A DNA stretch of 64,000 nt, taken from assembly GCF_022539665.2 (NCBI RefSeq), contig NC_081334.1, forward strand, positions 1,240,001 to 1,304,000, written 5' to 3'. Position 1 is the stretch's first letter, and the number at the start of each line of letters is the position of its first letter. This DNA comes from Daphnia carinata (Eukaryota). Under the pieces are notes generated by a model that made no database searches, had not been told where the DNA came from, and saw nothing but the letters and a program-made list of their open reading frames with translations. The position numbers and the translations under genes are program-made. Of this stretch, positions 42,678-54,480 are shown piece after piece.

Positions 42678-43795
42678 GTTTTCGAAGCTAAGCTGCAGTG
42701 CCTTTCGTACCTCTGACTCGGTTCTTACCTGAATGACGCTTTACAATTGCTTCACGGATGGCAAAGCTACTCTCGTTTCATAAGGTTCACATTATCTTTC
42801 CTACGTTACACGACGCAGATGTGGGGAGGGCTGACAAATTGCCCAGCTTTACGGACTTTGTTGGCCAACACAAGTTGATTGGTAGTTGAAGCTAATCGCA
42901 ATGCATCGTGTATCTACATACGCAAAGAATTCTTAACTTTGAAACTTAAGCCAACGTTGTACCGACGCAAAGGTTGGCGTGTCCGTAGGCTCTAAACCTT
43001 GAAAGTATTTCTTTTAAAGCTTACGCATTATCTTTACCATATTTATATATGGTGGCTAAACCCATGCGCTGCCCTATTCTTTCCTAAACGGGAATATAAT
43101 GGAACGTTTAAAGATGATGTGTTTGTATGTAAGCGACTATCGGAATATAGGTATAATGAAATGGAACGCTCGCGATCGGTGTTTTAGTTTACACAAATTG
43201 AATAAAAAACTCATAAAATTACATTATGCCTACGGGCGTAGAAATGCACAAGATTTAAAACATTTTCTAAAAACATAGATCCGCATTAAAAAAAAAAAAA
43301 ACAACTCTAAATGCGGATGTTATAAGTGTAGTCAGTCCTTATTAGATATGAGAGACGACAAACAAGTTGAAAAAAATAAGTGCAAAGTACGTTAACCAAA
43401 TTTCATAATCAAACACGACACCCTCCCGTTCGCTTTGAGTTTTAGAAAAAAAAAAAAAAAATCTGTGCCTCTGTGCCCTTCATCCTGTTTTGTTGACGGT
43501 TAGGAGTCAGACGCAAAGAGTCTCTTTTCTCTGCTGCTCGTGATATTATATGCTTGACACGATACAGTTTGCTGGACGCTTATCGAAAACGATTCTTGAG
43601 AATGACAGATCGCGTTTCAACGTCCTCAGTGTTGGTCGAACATAGGAAAAGCTGTGGAAACGGCTGATAAAGTCAGTCACACTTGTCTCTCGTCCTTCTT
43701 TCCCACTCTTAACTAACGTTTCGTTATTCTCTAACGTTTAATTTAAATCATTGCATAATTGCCTTCGTCATCTGTTCAAAAAAAAAAAAAAAAAA

Positions 43796-45921
43796 ATGGC
43801 AAACCGCTCAGTTGTGACGTCAGTATTCCACCTATCGAATTCGAGTGTCTTCGACTTGAAGAACGCCAGTGATTTCGACGCTATCGATCACGATGATGTC
43901 ATCAGAAATATTCGCGTCGTATTCGCCACGTTCGGCGTAGTGCTCGGAATCTCGGCCATCGGTTTGAACGCTGCCATCGTCGTAGCATCGGTCGTCAAGA
44001 ATGCCCGAACTCCGTTTTCATTGCAAACACTCCATCTGATGGCTTCGCTGGCCATGGCCGATCTGATCCTTCTAATGTTCGGTAAATGCGTAATATAACG
44101 ATGAATCATATTGGGTTTTTTTTTCGAAAGGTATTCATTCGATTTTGGTTGATCACGCGCACAGGTTTACCTTACGATCTGGTTGCTGCCATCGACGGCT
44201 ATTGGTTGGAAGGGCCGATTGGATGTCAAATGTCCGCTTATCTGCCTGAAGCGTAAAACATACGGTCCTATATAAATTAATTTACGACTATAACGTTAAG
44301 ACGCAGTACAAAAACGTGACTTTTTTTCGTGTTTTCATGAACTTGATACGCATGTCGCGAAAAACAAACAACCATCTTATCTTTCAATTCGTTTTGTTCT
44401 GTTTTTAAAACAAAATTTTAAAAAAAGGTCACGTTTTGCTTGGGTCGGCACAGTTCTATTAGCCTTGCCACTTCGTTGGCCATCGATGATGAAGACGCGC
44501 AAACGGACGATCGTATGGACGCTGCTCGTTTGGATCCTCTCGTTGTGCGTCGTTATTCCCTTCGCTCTTCACGTTGACTGTCTCGGGCTGTTCCAGACGT
44601 CTGGCGATTACCCTACGACACCGGAAGCCGAGCCTTCGTTACGAAAGGAGGAGGACGGCCTTTGTGTCTGCGTGTTCACCGTGGGCCAATCGGAAGTCGT
44701 CCGCATGTTCGGTTCGTCTCTTCTGGCCTTCTCGCTCTTGCCCGTCATCGCTATCGCACTGATCAGCTTGAAGACGCGCACGTACGAAACGCAGCCATCC
44801 GACATGGACAAACGCAACACGTCTCCTAGAAGGCTGGGTAATCCATTTTATTTAATGGCTTTCGTTTTGTAGTCTATTTTAGTTTAACGTTATTTGTACA
44901 GACGGTTCTTATTGCATTTACGCACGGATGGTGTACGTAGAGAGGGAATAAAAAAAAAACGGAGGAAAAAATCACAAAAAAATGAATTCAAAGACTTTAA
45001 GTTGGTGTGACACCCGTGTTGTCGTTAACAGGTGAGCGAGTGATCGCGATCGCAGGTAGATACGCCCTTCGTTACCGATTTCCCTAACTCCTCTCCAGAC
45101 GCTGCCAGGTTGGAATTTTCGGGGTCTGCAAAATTGCGACCGTTGTTCGCTGGCACGGGGTTGCCAACAGTTCTAGCGTCAACTGTTTTTATAGATAACA
45201 CATTGTTTTAATAAGCTTTCTTCTTTTTTTTTTTTGGTTTTTTATTATTACTATAGCACCTCGTTCGTTTGAATGGGGTGTTAAGAGAAAGCCGAGCGTG
45301 TAGACGCATGGCTCTTTACACTTCGGCTCAAATTAATGCAACCAAAAAATGAATTGAGACCATAGGGTAACGGCTATTTACATCGGAAACTATTAAACTT
45401 TAAGTAGGATACAACACCAAGCTGTGTGGCTATCAACATAGTGGGTGGGTAGGCGCCCTTCGAAGCAAACAGCCCAGCGGGGAGGCAATTCAACTACCCT
45501 AAAAATCGTTATTTTATCAGACGCTTTGTACGTGTTTCAAAAATCGTTCGGCAAACGGCCGCTAGTTGACTTTGATGTGTACAGCTTTAAAAAAAAAAAA
45601 AAAGATCTTGTTATTTAATACTCTTTAAAAAAAAAAATAAAAAATAAGAAACACCATTTGTTTTTGTCGACAGCCGTCATGTTGTTGGCGTTTATGGCGT
45701 GCACTTTGCCTCGCTACGTGCACATCGTGGTCAACTATTCCGATCACGCTCCAACGATGGATGGCCATTACGGATTGGCCTTGTCCATTATGGAAATCCT
45801 TTGCTGTGGCCTTTTCTATTGCTCGACGCTGATTCATCTGGTCGTGTCGCCGCATCCGCGTGCCTTACTCCGCCAGCTTTGCAGACATCGTCCACGCCAA
45901 GTCTACGTCACTAAAAACTAA
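43796..45921 (+). CDS. Highly divergent rhodopsin-like 7TM receptor (~343 aa), PRXamide-receptor-related, lacking ERY/CWxP/NPxxY
   Basis: Exons 43796-44081, 44165-44252, 44428-44837, 45674-45921 (phases 1, 2, 1) form an uninterrupted ORF. Seven hydrophobic segments; N-terminal sequons NRS/NSS/NAS; SLAMADLILLMFG|LPYDL (TM2); W..G..GC (ECL1/TM3); TM4 W...IPF; ECL2 Cys; TM5 and TM6 prolines. Confidence 0.8.
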
Positions 45922-46376
45922 AAAGACACACATTTCGACAGAGCCAACCACTTAACTCGGTTCGCAATCCATCAAAAACCAGTCGGCTTTTTTTGCCATT
46001 CTAAAAAAAAAAAAAAACGGTGACTCGCCTTCGTACCTCGACCTGCTGACCTACAGCCTCAGCAGTAAAACGTGGTGTCTACATTGTTAAACGAACAATG
46101 GACCGCATGATCGTTTGATATTTCCATGTGTGTAATGCCGCGATTTCAGCTCGACATTCGCATCATTGCAAACGGAAGCTGTACAAAACAATAAAATAAA
46201 ATAACGATGCAATCATTATCTCATGTTATTTCTCGTATTTTTCTTTTCTTTCACAGAACAAAAACAAATCGATCGGAGTCAAAATTCACAGGCAAGAAAA
46301 TGTAGCAAAAAAAAAAAAAAAAAAAAGAATAATGACCTAATCAACGAATATAAGACGTATAGCTGTGATACTGTCT

Positions 46377-46402
46377 ACACACACACACACACACACACAC
46401 AC
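46377..46402. repeat. (CA)n microsatellite
   Basis: Visible ACAC run. It is one of many CA/GA/GAA/TTTC and poly-A/T tracts in the right-hand third of the window. Confidence 0.9.
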
Positions 46403-47465
46403 GCTCGCGTGCATCAACAGTTTTACACGTTCGCAAATTGCATTGGTCGCTGTAAAGGGCAGCGCTCGGCCGAACACAACGTACAATCAACGCACATCGC
46501 AACACACTGGGCTTGTCTGGATTATATATGATACAAAATTTTTTTTACACATCTTATTCTTTTTTTTTTTTTTTTTTTTTGATACTTAAAAAAAAAAAAT
46601 AATAATAGTATTGATTGTAATAAAAAAAAGAAGAGGGGCGAGTGGTCAACAATGTTGGCGATTTCTTTTGCTGGCGAACAAAATGATGTTTGTAGATGAT
46701 TGGAACAGGTTGGGGGGAGGGGGAATGAGATGAAGGAAGTTGATGAATTGTGAATCTTAAAATTCATCACGTTCCTCGTTTGTTTTTGTTGGGCTGGTGG
46801 TTGGTTTGTTGTTGTTTCGTTCAAAAAATTCCTGAGATCTACAGAGGGGGGTCGTTGTTGTTGTTGTTGTGTGCTGATGTTTCCGGTTTCGGTTTGTTCT
46901 TCCGTTTCTTTCGTTGCAGGAGGGGTTTGTTCTCTACATCCGATTTCGGGATCTTCTTCACATTGTAACATGACATAATTATTCAAATTCAACTGTTTGC
47001 ATACAAAAAAAAAACAAAATCTGTTGGATTGAACTGATCAAACATTGGCCAGTCAATGTACAGCACGGCTTGCTGGCTTTCAGGTAGGCAAGCAGGAATC
47101 AACATGTTTCCTTTCTTTTTTTTTTTTTCATTTTTAAAATTTTTTTAAAAAAGAAATTTCTTTCGTGGGAACTTGTAAGCCGGGAGAGGGACTAATTTTT
47201 ATGTTTTTTTTTTCTTCTTTAGTTATAATAATAATAATTCACAAAAGAAATGAAAAAAAAAAAGGAAACAAACAAACATTTAGAAATCAATACAAACAAA
47301 TGCATATAGGCCTGTATGTATAATATATATATATCGTTGTGTGTGGGGGGAGGGGAACGTCGTAGGTGGGAACAAAAAAAAAAATTTAATGAAAAAAAAA
47401 AAGATCTTTTCAGTTTTGTTTTTGTTTTTGTCGCTAATAAAAAAAAAAAAAAAAGATGAAATGGT

Positions 47466-50400
47466 CTAGTTGGTTTGCTGTGTCAATAAATGGAGCAGCA
47501 CGTCGTGGTCCATGTTGTTGAGCGTGTGCATATCGATGCCAAGCGCGTTGGCCACGCTACTCATATCGAGCCCGAACGATTTGAGCAGCTGGATGAAATC
47601 CATTTCTTCACCTGTTTTCAAAGGTAAAACGCGTTTGAAATTCAACTATTCCCAATGTACAACTCACTTCTATTTTGATTAAACCTACCAGTGAATGGAT
47701 TGTGCAGTTTCGGGCAGACTCGATTGCACTGAGGCCACGTGCACCGATCAACCAGCCGGTGTTGGCAAAATTCAGGTGCTGACGTCGGTGTAGGATCCGC
47801 CGCAATCGCGGCAGCCTCTCTCCTCGGACGCGTTGTCGTTTCGTCCTTCGACTGGCCGTTCTTATCTAAAACGAGAGAATGTCATCGTTTATAGATTTGC
47901 ACGGAACAAAAAGACAAGGTTTCATTCGATTTCATTTACCTTTTTTACGTTTACGATCTCTGTTGTTGTGGTTGTTCCGCCGATGACTGCTGTGATTGCT
48001 GGCATTTTCTTTGTTGCCCTTTTGTTGGTGTTGTTGTTGCTGCCGTTTGCGACCGGATTTGCCGGCCGGCCTAGCGACTCCCGTCCCGCTGTTGGACCCC
48101 GCATTGCCGTTGACGTTTCGCTTATTCTCACCGGCTTTCTTGTTACGTTTACGACCTCCTCCTGCTTCTTTCTTTTTTTCGTCTTTATTCTTACGCGTTC
48201 CGTTACGATTGGCATGCCTCCCGCTCGGGATGAGAGTGGCGTTAGCCGTACCAACGATCAATTCGCTGCCAGGAGCCCGTTGGCCGGAACGGACCAGATT
48301 CTTGGCTGGTTTGACCGTCACGGCGTTTGCTGGCATTTCGGGATCATCGGCCAATAAAACGATGGGACTATTTAAAAAAAAAACAAAAAAACCACACAGG
48401 TTGATTAGCATATCGTGAAAAATTTAATGACGAGTGGGGGGGGGGGGATGTGATGGGGACTCACTTGGATTCGACATTGGCGGCCTTGTATCGCTTGTGA
48501 CCGTGTCTGAGTGAATGCTGGACAGAATGAGCCGCGAGGTTCTGCTGCTCGTTCTCACCGTCTTCACTTCCCAGAGGTCGGTGATGATGACGATGGTGGT
48601 GATGTCCATTGGGCGTCAGGTGGTTCGAGACGGACCAGTAAGGTTGAAGTTCCCAACAGCGCAAAGCTTGAGGCAGCGATATGTCTCCGATGCGGATGGA
48701 CTGCCAGTCACGTTTGGTCAGCACCGTATGTGAGATGCAAGATGGAGAAAACACGGCCCTGTTTTTGATTATTTAAAAAAGAAAAAAGAAAAATGAATTA
48801 GAAGGTAATGTTAAATGGAGAAGGTAGGAAGAACTTACGAGACATTGGCGAACGTGCGTCTTAAATCATCACCAACGGCGTGAATATAATCCCACTGTTC
48901 TTTAGACATGGGCGGACCGACGTTATCCGCCAGCATTTGAGCCTCGTCAAACAGCCATTGGAAGATGAACAATGGAGCTGTTCGAAGTAGAAAAAAAAAA
49001 TGAATATATTTTGATGTGATTGGTGGGTTTTTTTTTTTTTCAAAAGCGACGTACTTTTCAATGTGCGATGAAGGTGATGGCCGAAATAGCAACGCCACGG
49101 CTGCGCGGCGTACTGGCCTTTGCAAGCGGATGGCACCTGGCCATTCCACAACGTGTGGCCCATCTGGACGGCCGTGGTCGGTGCGCATCGCTGAGGATCC
49201 TGGCAATCGGCCGGTGCGTAGGGCACGTTGTCCAGGAACCAACCGGAGTCCGTGACACCGCGAACTTCAGCCGTTGAGCCTTGCGTTCGCAGGAAGTCCG
49301 TGGCCCTGTCCAAGTTGAGCATCACGCCCGTCCCTCCGGCACTGAAAACAAAATTCAAGGACAGAAGACGATCGTTAGTTTTTTTTTGTTTGTTTGTTTT
49401 TCCGCAGTTTGGCTAATGTATTGAAAAGGAATGAAATCTAATTGTTTTTGATGTTTACCTGCTGCCTGTTAACATCAATTTGGATGCGTTCAGAAGGCCC
49501 TGGGACAGCAAGTCACGCAGCACTTCTTGGATGATGACTGAACCCATGAATGCGAAACGGGATGTGGCGCCAGCTGGAGACGAGCCACTCCATGAATCGC
49601 TGGAACAATACGGTACGTATCTGTTTTTTTTTTTGTTTTTTTTTTGTTTGTAAACACACAAAATACACGGTGAGAATACGCGAATGACATAAGCCGATGA
49701 CGCTGTTTGGAATTCTTAATTCAATCGATGCGGGTTATCAAAATTCAAATGATTCGACATTGTACGAAAGGGCAAATGATGTTGGTTAATTTTAAATATT
49801 GTCTTTTGAATAATTAATTTAAAAAAAAAAAAATGGAAGGTGTTTTTCGTTTTTCTATCGTCTATGGAAGTAATTGATGTACCTGTACTTACACGTGGTT
49901 TGCGTTCCACCAGTAGGGATTTTCCTCGGGATCTGGGGACAAAATGCCGCTCACTGTCAGTTTCACAAAAACGATACACACAACAACAGTTAGAATTAAA
50001 AATCCAAAATGCAATCGGAAAATTGTAATTGTTTTTGTTTTTTTTTATTCGGGCTGAACGATTTTACCTTGACGAGTATCTGGCCACATGTTGGAGGTCA
50101 TGAAGCCTCGCAGGCGACTCCAACGCGATTCGCAACTGCGCTTGTCGTAACAATACCAACCACCTATATTTTTTTTTAAGAAAAGCGAGAAAAATATGAA
50201 TGATATGTAACGCTTGCGGCTCACTTGTTTCACACATATGTTGCGGAAATTTAAAAAAAAAAAAAATGACCTTCAAGAAAAACGATCCAACGTTTGCTGC
50301 CGTACGATTTGCGGATAAAGTATCTGCACGAAATAAAAATCATTGTTATGAACACACGTGGTTTTTATTCCAACTGGGGATGAGGGAGGAAAGAGGGGGG

Positions 50401-50818
50401 GGGGGGGGGGAGGCTAAAATGAAATCTTACCCAGCGGGAGATCCATCATTGCAGACTGCATTCTTGTCTTTGAGTAGGATTTTCTGCGTAGGAGGAGGCT
50501 CGCGTGAATTGCATTTAGACAAAGCCTACGATTTAAACAGGAAGACATTAGTTTTAAGTTCGATTGTTTTTGGATAGGGACTTGCCCAGTCAAACCAGCG
50601 ATGTGGCAACATTAACGTACTTGTTTGAGATGTTGTCGAAGAATGTCGGGCGTCGTCGTGCTCCGTCGGCTGATGCCGGACGAACGACGCCGGACGAAAG
50701 GCGAGTTGACGCTGTGCTCAGTAGGTGTCATCACTTGATTGGGACGGGCATCGATGACGAGAACGAAGACGGCCGCTGCGGCCAAGACCGTCGCTGTCCA
50801 CCTCGACGCCGTTCTCAT
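47466..50818 (-). CDS. Notum: Palmitoleoyl-protein carboxylesterase Notum (Wnt deacylase), ~711 aa
   Basis: 12 exons in frame: 50818-50621, 50525-50431, 50323-50271, 50163-50068, 49953-49893, 49620-49459, 49341-49055, 48977-48839, 48758-48465, 48367-47940, 47865-47689, 47611-47466. Signal peptide; [45 protein letters not shown], catalytic GSSAGG, DSGWFLD, QWLFDEAQ, PSCISH; C-terminal CTWPQCNRVCP...NPFTGEEMDF. Confidence 0.96.
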
Positions 50819-53235
50819 CTTGCTGACTGTGCTGACCGAGAGACGGCCAACGTTTGGGCGTCCGCTGGACACCGAAACTGTTTAACAGCACAAAGGAAAA
50901 ACGAGGGGCTCTCTTTTATTTTTGAAAACGAATGTAAATACGACATTTTTTTCTGTTGTTATTTGACGTGCATAGAAAATGTTCCCGTTTTCGAACAGGA
51001 TATGGCCGAATATTCTCTATTCAGATTTAATGATGACAGGTTGGCGTTGGCCGCCTTGCCGTGACCATTTGAGTAAATGGCACTGCGGCCCGTCATCGAT
51101 AATGAATCTCAAGAATTCCAGTATCGTAGATTACGTCATTCAATTTGGGACCGTTCCGTCAGGTATGCGCTTAACATCCTGGTGTAGAACTAGAGAAAGG
51201 CTTATAACTTCTTAAAATATATATATATATATATATACTGTATATTAAATATTAAAAAAAAATAATAATAAAAAAATGACGATATGCGAGAATGCGTCAA
51301 CACATGACGTCGGAGCACCATGGGATTGAACGAGATTGAAATACTGCCGCATTAAAGAATGAAACATAAAAAAAAAAAAAAAAAAAATGGAAAATGGTAA
51401 TTCATTCGAAAAGCGAAACGCCTGTTCTATAGAAGAGGAACACACACACACACACACACACAAATAAGAAACTAGAACCGGTCCGTCATAGACGTCAACG
51501 GGGCGGCACGTGAAATAGAAAGAAAAAAAAAGAACGATGAAATCCGGTAGCTTAGTAGCCTACCGTATTCAGTGTCAAAGGCAAAAGCGTTGCCCAATGA
51601 TCAACACATACAAAATATCTTGTCCTTTTTTTTTTTTTTTTTCATCTTTCTCGAGTCATCAAGCAATGTACCGAAAAAAAAAAAAAAAAAATAAGGATCA
51701 AAGGCAATAAAGCGCAAGCGACGTGGTAAATGGTGGCACTGGCCACCATTAGGACGGGCAGGAGGTTTGAAGGAACATGCGTTCGAATATCACACAGCTG
51801 AAAGGCATCAACGAATAACAGAAGATGAAAGCGGCGCCATTCAAAACAAAACAAACAAAAAAAAAAAGAAAAAAGCTTGTCTGTTCTCTCGGCTTCTTCT
51901 ATCTCTCCCCCCTCCTCCTTTCTTCTTTAACTACCTTTAAAAAAAAAAAAAAAAAAAAAAACAAAAAGAAATGAAATTCTTGATTCTATACGTGCACACA
52001 CTGTGTAAGAACATGTACGCAACGCTTATTTTGTTCTCGTATACGAAGTCAGATGCATCGCGTCGCATCAAACGTCCGTCCGTGTGCGCACGGCGTGATT
52101 CACGACAGGACACGCGGAACACATCTCACTAGTCACATTCGTACCACACTCGTTTAAGGTTCAACAGTACATGAATGCCGATTATCTTGATATATTCTTC
52201 TTTTTTTCTCTTTTTTTTTTTTTTTTTGCAAGTGAGGAGAAAGAATACAACAAGAAATGCAAGTTGAATTCGTTAGCGTTTGGACTGTTGCGTTCGTTCA
52301 AAGAAACAGGAATTGGGGTTCAGGAGGAGAGGAGGGTGGACGTTTAGTAAGTAGGTGGGGGCGCACTGGTTTTTAAAAAATGAAGAAGCAGTCAAGACCG
52401 GTAGCTGCAAATCTATATGTGTTGTAGATGGTCATATATAACAGGGGCTCTCTAATCTCCATTCAACTTCTTCTTTTTTTTTTCTTTCTGGGGCTTTGTA
52501 ATTAAAGTTAATTGATGTTCGGGACATGAAGGGGGGGGGGGGACTGAAAAAAAAAAAAAAAAAGCAAGAAAGAGAGGAGGGGGGGGGTTTACATAGAAGT
52601 CCGTTAGTGGAGAAAGCTGGAAAATGGACGAACTGGATGGAACTGTGTGTGCCCTCTATTTCCACTGTCTATGCGATCGTATTTACTTTAGGTTTCCCCC
52701 TTGTTATAATCTTTTTTGTTGAAAAGAAAAAAAAAAAAGAAGAGCTAAATAAAAAGGCATTAATGGAGGTTATAACACACGGTTGACTTGACATAAAGGA
52801 CGTCTTCTTAACAGATTCTCTCTCGTAGACGTTAGTCTTCCTTCTTTTGTTTTCGTTAATGAAAGGCAGCAGCGCCATTAGTGATTGCGACGACCGGTGC
52901 AGGGCTACCGTATGTCGCCATCAACTTCTTTTGCTTTGCTTTTTTTAATGGCTTCTGGTGATCGTAAATCAAGAAGCTCCAATAAGAGAGAGAGAGAGAG
53001 AGAGAAAGAGGGATATAGCCTTAGCTTATTACTGGGTTCTTTTTTTTTTTGTTTTTATTGTCTTGCCACTCAAAAACAGTTCCAAAGACCTATGGATGCG
53101 ACTCTCTTCGAAACGACCTTTTGCAGTTCGAAAATACAAAAAAAACAAACAAAAAAAAAACTGGATGGCATTCATTTTTGCGGTGGAGTGAGTGTCTAAT
53201 TATCATCCATCATCACATGTTTGTCAGCTGAAAAA

Positions 53236-53441
53236 TCTGAGAGAATTAGTTCCAAATTATTCAGAACATCGGAAAGGGGGGGGGGAGGTCTGAGAGAGTT
53301 AGTTCCAAATTATTCAGAACATCGGAAAGGGGGGGGGGGTCTGAGAGAGTTAGTTCCAAATTATTCAGAACATCGGAAAGGGGGGGGGGAGGTCTGAGAG
53401 AGTTAGTTCCAAATTATTCAGAACATCGGAAAGGGGGGAGG
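53236..53441. repeat. ~53-bp minisatellite, ~4 copies
   Basis: Unit TCTGAGAGAGTTAGTTCCAAATTATTCAGAACATCGGAAAG(G)nAGG starts at 53236, 53289, 53340 and 53393. Copies are near-identical except for G-run length. Confidence 0.95.
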
Positions 53442-54441
53442 GAGATGAAACCGGTGCAACGGCTCGAAAAACAAAACAAAAAAAAAAACAAAAGAACGTG
53501 TTCTCTAGTTTGTTTGTTCTTTTTTTTTTTTTTCTAGATTCTTTTTGTTTCATTTTCGTACAATAAAACAAAAAAAAAAAAACCCAACTCGCAATGTGAT
53601 TGGTCATTTATTTCTTTTTTTTATCGATTTGCATTGATTTAAACGCGTTTATTATGTTTGATGTTGTGTCTGCTTATCCTTTTGAAGTTGTTAGCGTGTG
53701 CGTGTGGCTCTTATCCCGACCTGTACAAATGTTTTCGAATGACGTGCAACTGGTTGGCTCACGTTTCTTTTCTATTTGTTTTTGTTCGGCGTGTATTCTC
53801 GTGACTCACAGTTCAGGCCCACGACGTTTTCCCCGAGAGAGCCAAGTGATTGATACGCCACGCCTCAAAGCCTTGGCTTTTTATAAACGTCCCGCCATTG
53901 CGAGAAAAAAAAAGTCAATCAATTTGAAATATTGAATGTACACACACACACACACACACACACACGCAACACTAACCCCGAATTGAGCAAATACATTAAA
54001 GTTCTTAAAAAAAAATAAATAATAATAATAATAAAAAAAAAAAGGATGTTTTTGAAATGACATGAAATTTGGGGGATCCGGGTTCGTGCGGTCAATAATT
54101 CCCGTCCTATGAGTTTTGTGTTTCGTGTCTGCCATTGTTTTTACTCGACGCGCGTTGTGTTTTTTGTTTTTATTTTGTTTTTTTTTTGTTTTTGTTTTTT
54201 GACGAGAATACGAAGAGACGAAAAGGAACGAAAAGAAGAAGAAGAAGAAGAAGAAATGTTGGATGTGGATAAGTGATGCGTGTGCCACCTTCCCTATATA
54301 TACGCGGTCGCCCGGGATAAAGTTGGAGCGGCGGCGGCGGCGGTCGTGGTGTGGCGGCAGCGGCGGTCGAGGCCTTTCAGCTTTGCCGCTTCATTTGCAT
54401 ATCACTTGGCAATTGCAACTCTGTTGCCTCTTTTTTTTTTT

Positions 54442-54443
54442 TT

Positions 54444-54479
<36 letters not shown>

Positions 54480-54480
54480 T
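54442..54480. repeat. (TTTC)n microsatellite
   Basis: Visible tetranucleotide run following a poly-T tract. Confidence 0.85.

Noticed and set aside
45020..45040. AACAG|GTGAG juxtaposed acceptor/donor (recursive-splice-like) in intron 3 of the divergent GPCR
   Set aside because: The intron is only 836 nt and the pyrimidine tract is weak. Recursive sites are typical of very long introns, and the flanking exons already join in frame.
47833..48418. Plus-strand ORFs of 140-174 aa with hydrophobic stretches (similar antisense ORFs at 1794-2189, 34358-35711 and 50564-51064)
   Set aside because: They are antisense shadows of real coding exons.
53236..53441. CRISPR-like appearance of regularly spaced repeats
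   Set aside because: There are no unique spacers, the context is eukaryotic and there are no cas genes; this is a plain tandem repeat.
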